Shown here in pieces: positions 50,877-64,000 of a stretch of DNA of 64,000 nucleotides. The translations under genes were made by a program, and so were the position numbers. How positions within the stretch are numbered: position 1 is the first letter of the stretch; every line of letters begins with the position of its first letter. Origin of the DNA: Azolla caroliniana. Lineage: Eukaryota > Plantae > Polypodiophyta. Below the pieces are notes generated by a model. That model saw only the letters and a program-made list of their open reading frames with translations. It made no database searches and was not told the DNA's origin. Location of the stretch: positions 13,330,001 to 13,394,000 of the forward strand of contig JBHGNT010000020.1 in the NCBI GenBank assembly GCA_043228905.1. Direction: 5' to 3'.

Positions 50877-53800
50877 TTAGGAAGTAGTATATTGATTGTG
50901 ATCTTAACATTAAGCAAACAATGTGGGAACGACAATCACCTTCTATTGTGTGTGTGTGCAAGCAAAGTTGTATTCTTATACTTCAATATTGAATTTTGTT
51001 TACGCGAATTCATTGGATGGAATTGAAATGCATACGTAGTACTGTTTCAAAGAGATTGTGTATTACCTTCTTATCATCTTCTCGTGTATTGATAGCTCTC
51101 TTTATCACATTGGCTCCTTTTTACCCTTCTCCTCTAGGTTGGGCTTCATGTTGCACAAATAGAGCCCAAAAGGTAAAGAGTTGATATGACCTAATGCCGG
51201 CTTTGCTACACATAAGCACATATATTGTGTCCTTATTGTTGTACATGAACTAATGGAGCACATGTAAATTGTTTATAATCACGAGACGTGGATTGCTTTG
51301 GGACACACACATGAATCAATAATGGGCAAAAATTCTTGTGATTAGGTAGGGTCCCATTATAATTTATACCCAATCTACAAAACGACGTGTTACCTTCTGC
51401 TTGAAACTAAAATAAATTGTTTTTTGTGGGGTTACAAGGAACATTATTTCATATTTACACCTGGAAGTTGAATGATGACGATGTCAAGGGTTTCCATGGG
51501 TGATAAGCCTCCCACTTTCATATCTCCGTTGGAGTAAACATTGATCCCTCCCTTTGTCTTGATACCTTGGGCCCCATTTCAATTTTGGCAAACAATGGCT
51601 CATCACACCTCAATCTTTGATTGATATCCCGCGGCCCCATCACAATCTCGTATAAGGTTTTATACCCTAGATTCCAAGTGAATTAACGATATTCATAAGC
51701 CTTGGGAGTAAATTAATTATAAACTATCAACTTTTAGTGTAGAGAATAAATTAATGAATTTCTCTAGCTTTTAAAACGAATCATTATGATCCCCGATCGA
51801 CTGTATAAAAGTGTTACTAAAAAAAATGTATAATTGATGATAATAAAATAGAACAAGCTATGAGCATCATGGCATGCAAGCATCCTCGCAATGCGCACAT
51901 GAAGATATTATTCCCTTGCAATAGGGTGAGTCGCCAGTTATAAGTGTTAGACACTTTAAGTCGTATATTATTTCTCAAATAATAATGCATCATATCTTTT
52001 AAGATGCCTCATAGGATCGGTAAAACAAGGCGAGAGTTAATTCGAGTTGACAATATGAAATGCCGAACTATGGATTTGTGTTTGATAAGAACAGAACTTG
52101 TGAAAAACGCAAGAGTGATTTTTGTTTGCATGAGTAACCATACATCTAGGCCATGGGTTTTCCTAGATCTTCAAGTATTGAAATGTAAGAATGTTTTGAA
52201 GGAAGGAAACTGTGCTTTGAGGGACAAGATTTAGAGCGTTCTATGGTGTTCATGTTTTGGTTTGGGAACCATGTTCCTAGTGGGTTGGTAGTGCATCCCA
52301 AAGCAAAATATTCTTGGTTTTTTGTAGTTGTCACTAAAAATATATTGTATATGTCGGTCATTTACGTTACATGCTAATATTGGCAATCTCATTTTCTATC
52401 ACTTCCCTCAACACGATTTAAGGAAAGAGAGAATTGTCGTACACTATGATTGATATGGAGGATCTTAGTTTGTCTGAGTAACATGCCCATTCCTTCCTTT
52501 ACATTGTGTAGTGGGTTTTATACATTATAACTTACTAGTCAAACTCTGAAGACATAAACTTCATTTGGAGATTAGCTCAATGACGAACCAACATGGCATA
52601 TTTAATGTCGAAGAATCGATTGTTGACATGCCTTTATTTTGGATTTACACGCGGGTCATCATTTTAGTTGTTAGCTCAGATTTGCATTGCATACCATCAA
52701 AAGCTGTAAAGTAGAGGGTGCCTAAAGTCCCTTGGATAAAGGCAATGTTTTATGGGTAACGGGTGACAACCTAGTTGAAAAGTTGAGACATTGGGGTGTC
52801 AATTCAAGTGGACGCAAGAAGGAGAAAAGTTGTGCTAATGCAAGTCAAATAACAAATAAACATGACACTTGTAGGTTCCCATTCCTTAACATTATTCAAC
52901 TTTGCAAGCTTATGGAAGGAGAGGGGGAGGGGGGTTATCAACGTTTTGAATTAGGTTTCGAGATGCATGCTTTTAGACCACAATATTGACAACCCACTTG
53001 CACATAAAGTTGACGAGCACGATTAATCAACCCACAAAAATCATGTTGATGGCTATAATTCAACTCACCACCCAGATGCTGTATTGGGCCTTTTTGACGT
53101 GAGGACATGATTGTCAATCACTTGGTCGACACTGACACATCTTATTCTTCGATAGTGGTAGCTTGCACAACACATTTCGATTTGACTGAGTACAAGGTTT
53201 ATTTATGTGTGGAGTAGCTAGTCCATCTCCTTGGGGGAAAGAAGCTCATCATATATATCAAGTTCTTAATCAGACCCCTCCCCCCAAATGTTGACAGTCT
53301 TCTACGAGCAAACCTTAGGGATGTAACGCATTGACTCGTCAACATATGCCATGTACGAAGATAGAGAAACCGATGTGTTAGAGAAAGCAGAAGGTGGCAT
53401 GGAAAGGTCCGAGACGGCAGGGAACGAAGCAGGATGGAGAGGCGAGTGTCGATATGCAATCACGTCGATGGAGAGGCGAGTCGACTGCGACGGCCAAGTA
53501 TGATGCCTCGGCCGGCCTTTTCGTCAGTCGGTCAGGTGGCCTATCAAGATGACCGACCCTAGGGGTGGGTTGGGTCCGGTATGGGTCTGGGTCTAATCTA
53601 GGTGTTGGCTAAGCCCGAACTATCCATATGAGTGGCCGGGGTGTTGGGACTAGTCTGAACAGGCCGGTTGGGTTGGGCCGATCCATATGGCAGGCCTTGG
53701 GCTGGGTCTAGTCTGGGTCTTGGTTGGTCCTGCTTGACTTCTTCTTCTTCTTCTTCTTCTTCTTCTGGTGGCTCATTCATGACACAGGAATCGAATCACA

Positions 53801-53905
53801 CACCAACACTTCTTCTTCTTCTTGCTTCTTGCTTCTTGGGTCCTTCTCTGTTCCGACTCATATACATATATGTACATACATATATATATACATATAGTCC
53901 GGCCG

Positions 53906-54220
53906 CCCACGTGGGAAACCTGCTCCTCCAAACCCTAACTTCTTGACCTAAAACCACAACCCAACACCACCGTCTGCAAGAAAAGAGCAGACACAGACAC
54001 ACAGAAGACAGAAACCCTCCCTCTCTGCTGATCGATGAACCTTCGATCCCGTCCCAACATTCCTCCTCCTCCTCCTCCTCCTCCTGCTCACAAACCCTAA
54101 TCTTACCTTCTCCTTCTTCCTTCTCTGCATTCCATACCCTAAATATATTATTCCCCTCAGATTATCCATCCACCACCACCATCATCATCATCATCTTCTT
54201 CTTCTTCACAGAAACCCTAA
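53906..54220 (+). promoter_or_regulatory. Putative S40 promoter/5' leader: palindromic G-box plus three telo-boxes
   Basis: CCCACGTGGG at 53906-53915; AAACCCTAA at 53930, 54092 and 54212; pyrimidine-rich microsatellites. Confidence 0.5.
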
Positions 54221-54542
54221 TATTCCCCTCGCAGACCCTTCACGGTTTCCTGCCAGATCTTCTCCTGCACAGTAACCTTCATCTTCTTATCCCCCCAATC
54301 CAGATCTTCTTTTCTCACCCATCCTCTTCCTGCTCTTGAGATCCTAATCGTCTACCCCCCCCCCCCCCCCCCTGCAGATCTTTCTTCTGCACAGAATTTC
54401 TAAGCTTTTCTCCCCATCCATCTCCTTCTGCGCCGAAATCCTAAATATCTCCTTTCTAATCTCATTTGCCACGCTTCGCTTCTTCTGAATACAAAACCAC
54501 AATCTTTTTCACCATCACCGTCATATTCCTTTCTCCTCCACC

Positions 54543-55664
54543 ATGGCCATGAACCCTTCGTCCAGCGTGAATGTCCCAGTAGCAACTATAATCCAGCCTC
54601 TTTCTTCCAGCCTAATGGACAAATTCTTAGGTCTGAGCGTCTCTCCCGCGTCTGTTCAATCTCTCTCCTCAGACACAACCACTGATGCAAATGATTTGGA
54701 CGAACTCGACGAACAGGAGATATGGGGTATAGAGATCAATACGAATGTCAACAGCAGTAGTACGAGTAACAGTAGCAATAAGCTCCATAGCTATGGATAC
54801 GGTTTTGGAGGATCCAGTTTTAATCAAGCTTCTGCTCCTCTCCCCCCCAGAATGGACAGAAACAGAAGATCTGTGATCACAGGAACAACTCCCGAGCTAC
54901 TATATATCAGTAGAAGCCCTCTTGGTGACGGATCTCCTTCGGTTGCTTCTATCATGGCAAACTCTTCTTCTCCTTCTTCTCCATGGATCTCTCCTACTGC
55001 TCATGTGAGCACAAACAATAGCATTGGGAGCCTCTCAGGTATGTTCCATAGCCTCTCGCCTGTCAATAACAACAGTAATGATCAAAACAACAGCAGTAGA
55101 AGCCCTAGAGTTAGGGTTTTGTCGGGAGAAGCCATGGCTAGAAGAACACCTTCTGCCACTCGAATGATACCGAGGATGATGGCATCTCATCAGCAGATTC
55201 AGGCGCAATCTACCTCAAGTGAGAAGAATAGTTCCAGAAGTTTGTTCATGATTCCTCAGTCTGCTCCTCTCAACATACCAGACTGGTCCAAATTCAGTCA
55301 TTATCAAGGAAAACTTGGTCAACCAGGTAGCAAAGGGAAGGCTAAAGGGAAGCGAAGAGCACTGCATAGATCTAATAGCAAAGAAAGAGAAGAAGGCAAA
55401 GGAAAGGAAACAGAAAATGATGAAGGTGGAGAGGAAGGAGAAGAAAAGAATAAGAACAATTATGACGAAGATGAAGAAGAAGATGATGATGATGATGACA
55501 ATGATGAGGAAAGACTTCCACCTCATGAGTTTCTTGCTCGAGAGTATGCGAAAAGTGAGAGGACCTCTTTCTCTGTGCTTGAAGGTGCAGGAAGAACATT
55601 GAAAGGAAGAGACCTCAGTCGTGTCCGGAATGCGGTGCTTACTTACACTGGCTTTGTTGAATAG
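54543..55664 (+). CDS. Senescence regulator S40 family (DUF584) protein, intronless, 373 aa
   Basis: [21 protein letters not shown], acidic tract, [11 protein letters not shown]...[33 protein letters not shown]. Confidence 0.93.
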   Translation: MAMNPSSSVNVPVATIIQPLSSSLMDKFLGLSVSPASVQSLSSDTTTDANDLDELDEQEIWGIEINTNVNSSSTSNSSNKLHSYGYGFGGSSFNQASAPLPPRMDRNRRSVITGTTPELLYISRSPLGDGSPSVASIMANSSSPSSPWISPTAHVSTNNSIGSLSGMFHSLSPVNNNSNDQNNSSRSPRVRVLSGEAMARRTPSATRMIPRMMASHQQIQAQSTSSEKNSSRSLFMIPQSAPLNIPDWSKFSHYQGKLGQPGSKGKAKGKRRALHRSNSKEREEGKGKETENDEGGEEGEEKNKNNYDEDEEEDDDDDDNDEERLPPHEFLAREYAKSERTSFSVLEGAGRTLKGRDLSRVRNAVLTYTGFVE

Positions 55665-58600
55665 ATTTTCTATGGTTGGAAAGAGAAAACAAGCTCTTAC
55701 GTTGAATCGATTGATCAATCTCTCTTAGAAGTAATGAAGGCTGGATCAGAATTGAAGCAAATTGATCCATCATTTATAATGACTAGGTTTTGTTGAACCA
55801 ACTCTCAGATTTCATTAAGGTTGGATCAGGTTGCATCAAATTGGTCGATTGATTTCGAGTTCTTACGGTTTGTTGATGGTTCGTGAATATTCTCATAATC
55901 CTGAGATTTGATCTTTTGATCAATTCTAGCATGCTTAGGTTTCACTGGTGATTCATGTACAACTTCATAAAGCTTTAATCCTGAGATAGGATTGATCATT
56001 TACAGCATGCCTAGGTTTCTTTGATGGTGGCGCTCAAACAACCTATTGAATGCTGAGTTTTCTTTGGTGATGGATGAATGATCTCATGAACCCCAAGATG
56101 AGATCAACGAATTATCATATGCCTAGCTTTTCCTTGGTTTGCATGATGAATTACGTAAAGGTCGGAGTTTGAATCAGAAAGATATGCTTAGGTTTTTCAA
56201 TGGTGGCTAAGATTTGGATCAAATTGACAGTGCTTAGGTTTTTCAGTGGTGGCCAAGATTTGGATCGAATCAGCTGTGTTTGGTTTTCATCTGATGGCAA
56301 AAATCTGGATTGAATTAACAGTGCTTAGTTTTCTTGGGTGGCCCATAAATAACCTCTTAAAAGCCTCAGTTTGCGTAGACCAGGTTTTGTTGGTAGTAGA
56401 TTGGATTACATTCTTTCTTACTTTTTTTCCTTCTTAAAACTAGAACATACTTCAGAACCTCCCCTTTGTTTGGCTCAGGTTATACCATGGTTTAGCAATG
56501 GTGAACTACCTTTTTCTTTATAAAATTGGTACATTGTACAGCAATTCTTTGTTTTTAAGACATAAATTATATTATAACTGAGGATTTTTGTAAGTTGAGC
56601 CACGTTTTATGTTGTGTATATATTTTGGTATATATTTCAATCACTGATTATTTTTCTAGTGGCATATTTTAAATGGTTGGGAAGTTTTTATCTAGCAGGA
56701 TTATATTTCGTAACTAGTTTTTCCTTAAGCAATGTTTCTTTCAATTAATGATTTTAATGGCAAACTAGCGTAAAACTTGATTGAAGGTTTACTATTCTTC
56801 ATTATGTGGTGTTGCTAATTTTGAGTTAGAGAAAGATAACTAACTATACCATAACTAACTAGCTTTGAGTAATGATTCTTTTTATTCAAATTCCTCATGA
56901 AATCTTAACTCTGGCGCTAACTCTGTTATCTTGATCTCACGCTCAAGACTATGTATATCACCTTTGATTCTGGCATTCTGAATTGAGCACAAGATCATAC
57001 ATAACCTTAGGTTATTGTAATTTCCATGCCTTAAATTAATGGGGTTTGAACCATTGGCAATCTTGGAGAAGTCTTGATTTATATGATGGTATTATTAGTA
57101 CATTATTAGTATATGGTTGAAGTCTTGATAATTTGTCAGAACTGTGATTGTTTCTCCCTGATCTTCTTGTGCTGAATCTTGCATAGAAAGATTCGATACT
57201 TAGCAGCAATTCAAACTTTTAAGTGATCTCTTCATTCTGAGGCCTTTCTTGTCCATGTGACTATATGTCTTACACCAAACTGGATTTGTATGCAAGGCAT
57301 TCGCAGTTACAAGTGCAAATATGGTGTCAAATGTCATGGATTTCTCCCATCGACATACACACTCATGTATAGCTCCTATCAACCGGTGCATTGTGTTGTC
57401 TCATGGATTGTTTTGAGTGTGTATTATGCAGTTCTTTGATCATACAACATGGTATTTTAGATGGGGTTTGATTTCCTCTTGAAGTGGGAATAGGCTATTA
57501 TGGTCCTACATTAATATGGTAGATAGAATGCATGGGTGTGTGCTTTGTACCATCTGTAATGGATATTAGTATAAAAACAATATCTTTTCCTGTCCAATCC
57601 AAACTGAGGGAAAACGTGTGTTTTAATGCGTAATTTGTTTTGAAAAGGTAAAAGAATCAAGTGGAGTTAGTGACAATGGAATAGACGCTGTATGTTTTTT
57701 CTAGGAAACCACAGTGATGGTCATGTCATTGAGTTCTTTGCCTCTGCATTTAAGGTGCAGCCATACCTTTTGTCATCATGTATAGGAATTTTGGTGGAGT
57801 ATGGGGAATGCATTCCAACTTTTTTGTATCAAATCATAAAAGCCTTTGTGTCGTGTGATTGTTGAATTGCAAGTAATCACTTAGATGTCGTGTCGAGTTA
57901 TCTTTATCTCACAAACAAGTGAGCGGAACAAGCTTATACAATACAATGTATTGTTTCGCTTGACAACAATCTTTACAAGTGAGTCACATTGCTTGACCTA
58001 ATTGTTGGGAGTCAGGACGTGGATGCCATTATCGTGGTTCAGCTTATCACAACGATATTATAACATGTGTTATGAACTTAATGGAGAAACATATTTAATT
58101 AGCATTTAATGTTGTTTCATAATGATTAATGCAATTAATTGGCACATAAAAGAGATTATGCAAAACACTAGTGTTGGTTCATTTAAGGACTAACATGTAC
58201 TTGATTATTCATTTAAGGACCTCGATACAAGTTCATGAATCAAGCCACATAATTGTATTAGTAACTTTATTATCTTTATCTAAAAGACAAATGTCTTTTC
58301 TCTTGGACTAGGTGTATATGGTGATATTTCTAAGACTAGGAGGACCACACTTGATATTACACAAAGAAAGTGGTTATAATTTATATTCATATATTTAACT
58401 TACAAATATTGACAATGTAAACATATGAATGTATAAGCTATAATTTGATAGATTTATTTATTGGGTGCATCTAAAGGAAATGTTTTATGTCCGATTTGTT
58501 GAAGGATTCCCTAGATTCTCATATTCATACAACGGACAAGTTAATTGCTATATCCCTTAAAAGTCAACTTTTTTAAAGTTTATAGACATCTAAAAATATA

Positions 58601-58927
58601 AAAAGGGATGGAATTGCTTATCCATTCCCACATTGCAAAGTGGTCACATAGTACACTTAAGAACATGAGTATGTCGCTATTTATAGACGAAGGGAACTTA
58701 GGAGCGATGGTTTATTGATAACGGAAATAAAAAGATGACACGATGGCGCATAGTACATACTATCTTAAATTATATATATATATACATGTATTTATATGTA
58801 TATGTTTTATGTTCATTGATAGTTATAGTGATTCATAATGTTCAGCTACAAAGGTGGGTCCCTTGATTTTTTTACATTCAATTGTTTTTCATATTGTGGT
58901 GCGAAAGCATTATGATAAAACTATTAG

Positions 58928-59210
58928 TTTGGATCATTGCACCATGTCATGCAATTCGAGGACCAATCTTGTTTGGGTCTCTATCTCATGGAACTTCAAA
59001 GGTGCATATGAACCAAATGAAAAAGGTAGGATATGTTCCCACACCCATTGTGGGCTATTGACTCGTGTTAGAAGAAGTTGGGATCATTGCGTCGTGTCAT
59101 GTAATTTGAGGACCAACCATGTTTGGGTCTCTATCTCATGGAACTTCAAAGGTGCATATCAATCATTAAAAATATAGGGTATTCCTACACCCATAGTATG
59201 CCATTGACCA
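58928..59210. repeat. Tandem duplication (~150-bp unit x2)
   Basis: ggatcattgc...tttgggtctctatctcatggaacttcaaaggtgcatat occurs at ~58931 and ~59082. Confidence 0.85.
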
Positions 59211-60051
59211 TAACTTGCCTCGGTTTATATATTATCTCCTCCACACACTCATATAAACATAAATAGAGTATGTACACATGAGGAAAATGACCTCACCGAC
59301 CGCAATCATAATACTTAGGGTATCAAGATGCCCCAAATTCCAACCACATGGGAGCCTAATAAGGAAGCTTTTCCATAAATAAACAAATGCCATCACATGC
59401 TACTAAAATAGTATAACCAGATACTAGGCCAGCTCAATGAACTTTGACATGGTTTAGTGACATGACTAATCTTACCTTCTTGCTTCTTATATTTTTTCTG
59501 TGTTTGTTAATTTTCATTCATGTAACTTGCAAACAAGCTATGACATGTACACCACTTTGGTCTTTGAGGCCATGTTGGCATTTAGAATGTTCGAATTTAT
59601 ATTTTAGCTTAAAATTTGCCCTTGCAAGGGCTCTATTCCATTTATTTATCAATTGCACAAAGCAAGATCATCAATCCTCTCTATCATTTTTTTTATTTTA
59701 GCAACAAGATTATATTGGGAAACGAATGATAGATATTGGTGTCCCCATTAATAAGGTGTTGGACCATGTCCATATGCTTTTTAGCTACAAAGGCATACCC
59801 CTAGATCCAGACTAAATGGACTAGGTGGGATTCACATCCCAATCAAGATAAAAAAAACTTAATAGTATGTAAAATGTTGGGAACCAACAATAGCTAGAGT
59901 TAGTTTATAACGATCCCTCAACAAGCATATAACCCGAAGTCTCTTTCTCAAGACATACAGTAAGAGAATGTCTATCAAGAACGTTGAGAAAATCCATAAT
60001 GTCTCAATGAGCATAAGTCATATACTCTCTTTATGGATTCGATGGTAAGTG

Positions 60052-60281
60052 CATGACAACCCCTCCACTCAATAAAAATGGCAATGAGAGTTTACAAATG
60101 TTTCTATGTTTATCATATACTAATCAATACAACACACACAAGTGGGCCCAAGTGTTTCAACATGACTCATGACAACCCTTCCACTCAATGAAAATGGCAA
60201 TAGAGTTTACAAAATGTTTCTATGTTGATCACATACTAATCAATACACATACAAGTGGACCAACGTGTTTCAACATGACTC
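60052..60281. repeat. Tandem duplication (~116-bp unit x2)
   Basis: catgacaaccc(c/t)tccactcaat...tgtttcaacatgactc occurs twice. Confidence 0.85.
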
Positions 60282-61312
60282 CTTCATTCATACCTTATTA
60301 AGAAATGAATAAGACACGCTCTATTTTGAAATGCATCAATGGTCCATATTCTAGCCAAATTCATGGAATAAGGTAATCTACATGTATAATAGAATTTTTA
60401 GAGTGCCTCCAATACAAATAATAACAGCAGTTCGTAGTCCCAAAAGATTTCTTACTCAAATCCCAGGACCCACATAATTCATTAAGCTTTACTGATCATA
60501 CGATTGAACGCGTGCTTCAGTGATCTAGAGATGATTCCTCTTTTAACAAAAAAAAAAATCCATTCTATGATAACCTCCTGTTCTATCCTAGCCTCTTTTA
60601 TTAATCACATAGATGCTGTTTCCTAAACCCTTTCCTTGAAATGACAAATGACAAATGATGTAACAAAGCCTTTTTTTATTAATCTCTTCACTATCCACTA
60701 CTCAGAATTGAGCCATTTCTCACCAAGATTTTTTTTACCATATCGATAGCAAGAGATACAAATTTGCATGGTGTTTGATGGTTAACACAGATTTTCACAT
60801 TGCAATTCATACAAATGCATTAAAATTTCACAGGATCTTTGATACACAATATAAGAATTCACTGTGTTTGATCATCGATGTAACATTCTTGGATGGAGGT
60901 CAGGATCAATTACCCTAATGAAAACCTTCTCTTTCTTTATTTACTGAAATCACCATTGCCAAAGGATTAGTTACTCTCAATGAGTAATGAAAGCTTTTTA
61001 TTCAGTTCATCACGAGTACAACAAGGGATCAGTGTAAGAAACAGTGACTCCGAATGTAATTAAGAGTTGATTGGATTTCAGTAACTTCCGCACCACATTG
61101 AGGATTGAAGTCCTAATTAGACCCCATCCGCAACATAAAGGGAAAGCAAATGCACGCTTTTCCTTCACATTTTTGTTTGTAACATTTTTTATGGTGTAGA
61201 AACACTGGATTAAAGCAAGAATTTCATTGCCATGATCCTCTAGCTATTTCTTCTGTATATGTATGTATGTATACTTTTCTGTTCTTCATTATGCTTAAAC
61301 CGTATGTTCATC

Positions 61313-63118
61313 CTATTCCATGTATACCTGTACACTACCTCTCTTGGTTTCTCCACAGAGCGGGCATTCCTTTTGTATAGGATCACACTCTTTACACAGA
61401 CAAAGGTGCTTACAAGGAAGAAGAAGAATGCAAACACTATTACTTTTGCATATCCTACAATAATTCCTCTCATCCCTCATATTAGCACCAATCAGTAGAT
61501 GTTCAAGATCGTACTCCTTCAAAGTTTTCGCCATCCCATCATTCTCTTCCCATTTGTCTCTGCCAATGACATTATGGATACATTGAGATTCCGTGCCTTC
61601 TACATAATAGCTTTCTCCGCTACCTTCTTTGGTAGAAACCCTTCGCTTTTTGCTTTCAGCCTCAATGCTTATCTGTGTCAGATGGCTCTTCAAACTTTCA
61701 ATGGTAGCTTCATCACGGCATGCTACATTTTGCCATAGCTGAGACTCAAAACTGAGTTGCTTCACAAGATTCTGGAGTTCAACATTCCTATTGCAAACCT
61801 CAGCTATTTCTGCTTCTTTCTCTCTAATCGAGCACATGACCATACATTGGGCCATAGAAGCCAAGAGAGATCTCGTATGTCGTTCACTTTGCTCCTCTAG
61901 AGATTGTCTCATCTTTTCCTCCTATTAAATTATATGGCAAAAACCATATGTAATCAGCAACAGATCAAACTGTAGTATTTAGAGGCCATTTTTTAATAAT
62001 AACAGGATTCCTTATTAATAACAGTATTAACTGTTGCTAATCCGACTCATCTATAGTTTTATTGTATGATATATAAATCATAGTACTAGTGATAACAATA
62101 TATATACCATTTTGACATGATAGATCAAAACTATGTGATTCATATCTCAATTGGACTAAATACAGATAATGATTCTTCTATTAATCCAAAGAAGTGCTAG
62201 TCTGATTGCGCATATAGATGTAGATAAAACTGAAATTTATAAAAAAGGAAATCAAAGAATTCATAATGGTGCATCTCACACGAAAAGATCAGCCATTCCT
62301 ATGATAATTTAAACAGCCTATTCCCGTAATCTAGAAAAACGTGACAGCGTATGACATTAATGGAAACTTACATAGAGTTTAAGGACCTGCTGAATTTCTT
62401 GGTCTTGCTTAATGAACTGCGCTTGAATCGATCCCATGCCATTACAGTTACTGCTGTTGGAAAGTGATGGCATTGAATCCGAGACAGCAACATTGAAAGT
62501 AATATGGCGTCCAATCTCATGATGATCGGATGGTATATTGTTATACATTATATGACTATTAGATTGTTGTGCAATTACTTCCATACGATCATGAGAGGAA
62601 ATCAGCATACTGGAATAATCAGTTCCCATGGTCTCCATTGTATTATGATGATCTCCATTACTACTAACAAAGAGCTGAGCTTCATTTTCTGGAGAGACTA
62701 GCTTCGTTCCAGTATTAAAAAGGCTAGTGGTCTGTGAAACAAATAGATTGTTCTCTGCTATATTATTATTATTCATATTCCAGCTATTATGATTAGTAAC
62801 AATAGTTGTAACAGGATGGCTTATTAAACCTGATGAAACGTTAACGTCAACATCGTCATCTTCACAAAGAAGATTTGTTCCAGGGTTGGAAGGGCCGATC
62901 CGTGACAGAATACTAGCATCTGCTAAATTATAAATAGCATCAAAGCTATGATGACGAAGCTTCTTTCTCACAGGATTGAAAAGGCTCATTGTGGATCCAT
63001 GATTCATGAATTCTTGATGATAAGTTGGATTTATAATGTGATTATTATTGCGGATTAAACCGCCCCTAGTCGAAACCACGTCGAATATACTATATTGTTC
63101 AAGAGAATTAGGCTTCAT
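61313..63118 (-). CDS. SBP/BOI-related C3HC4 RING E3 ubiquitin ligase
   Basis: Exon 62372-63118 (frame open up to an acceptor at 63207) joins exon 61313-61921 in phase. Coiled coil IREKEAEIAE...ELQNLVKQLSFESQLWQNVA; RING CRICKSNSVCILLLPCKHLCLCKECDPIQKECPLC. The start codon is uncertain; a further donor lies at 63482. Confidence 0.88.
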
Positions 63119-64000
63119 TTCTGATCCGGGATAGAAAATGCTCTTGTCAGGATCGTTAACTATTCCTACAACATTAATATCGTTCTGATTATTACTGGCA
63201 TCAAAACCTGAAGTAACACAAGAAAAATATTATTATATGATCACAAAGATAATGAATTTCTGCAAAACATGAAATGTCTATGATTTGAAAGATTTATATC
63301 AATCAACCATCTATACAAAGATGATGAATGTCGGCACAGAAAAATTCAGAGGTTAATACATATTGTCTATATAGAAACCATGAACGTAGACAAAGAAAAA
63401 CATGATTTATATACATTAATAACCACCATATAATATAAACCAAGATCGAGAATTTCGGGATATAAAACAATTAATTAATTACCAGGTGTGCTGTACAACT
63501 GACGCAAGTTCTCTGCAAGAAAATCAGCAGTACCACGTTCATAATTGATGTTGCAGAACGCGGATGATTCGGCTAGGACACTGTGTTTTCTTCGGAAGGC
63601 AAGGAATTATCACACTTTAGTAAAGGGAATATTATCGTTTCGTAGGATTTCAAAAACAATCACTGAAGATGAAAATGCTGAAAATATTCCTTTTTATACT
63701 GTGCTTTCTTGACATAATGACAAGAAATGGCTAGAGTTTAGTAATGGGAAAACGAATCTGCTTCAGAGTACATAAAATTTAATGAAAACAAAAATCGCAT
63801 AATTTATTTTTAAAAATGGTGAACTAATTCCTTTTAGAGTGTTCCTTTTGGATTAACGCAAGAAATGGCACAGAAAGCTACTTTCTCTTTGGATTAAAGA
63901 AAAGAATCTATGATGAAACGAAAATGCGAGAAGAAACCTTTTGTAAAATGTCCACACATTAGTGTTGAAAAGATAATATGTCCTTCGAATTAAAAGAAAT

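Noticed and set aside
63483-63542. Upstream ATG exon for the RING gene (MNVVLLIFLQ...)
   Set aside because: Its phase does not match the acceptor at 63207, and the in-phase frame has no ATG before a stop. It is likely 5' UTR or an unresolved exon.

Overview
This is eukaryotic land-plant nuclear DNA, probably from a fern. That lineage is inferred from gene and intron style, the transposon landscape and an atp1 fragment with many C/T differences. Five protein-coding genes were reconstructed by hand with phase-consistent GT-AG splice sites: PIE1/SWR1 chromatin-remodelling ATPase (-, runs off the left edge), ATG18/WIPI autophagy protein (+), a PARP2-type poly(ADP-ribose) polymerase (+), an S40/DUF584 senescence regulator (+) and an SBP/BOI-type RING E3 ligase (-). 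The region from about 33.5 to 51 kb is dense with transposon remnants: a Copia element, a solo LTR with target-site duplication (TSD), L1- and RTE-like LINE fragments, tRNA-derived SINEs and two hAT MITEs, plus a 100-N gap. The most notable observations are (1) a PARP2 with six SAP domains from an in-frame 222-nt tandem expansion, (2) a fused mitochondrial atp1 + plastid psbB insertion bracketed by a 29-bp direct repeat, (3) an orphan P4-ATPase exon with its splice boundaries, and (4) repeated local duplications of exon/donor junctions. No database search was possible, so novelty is unverified, and I found no clear evidence of a wholly new multi-gene system.
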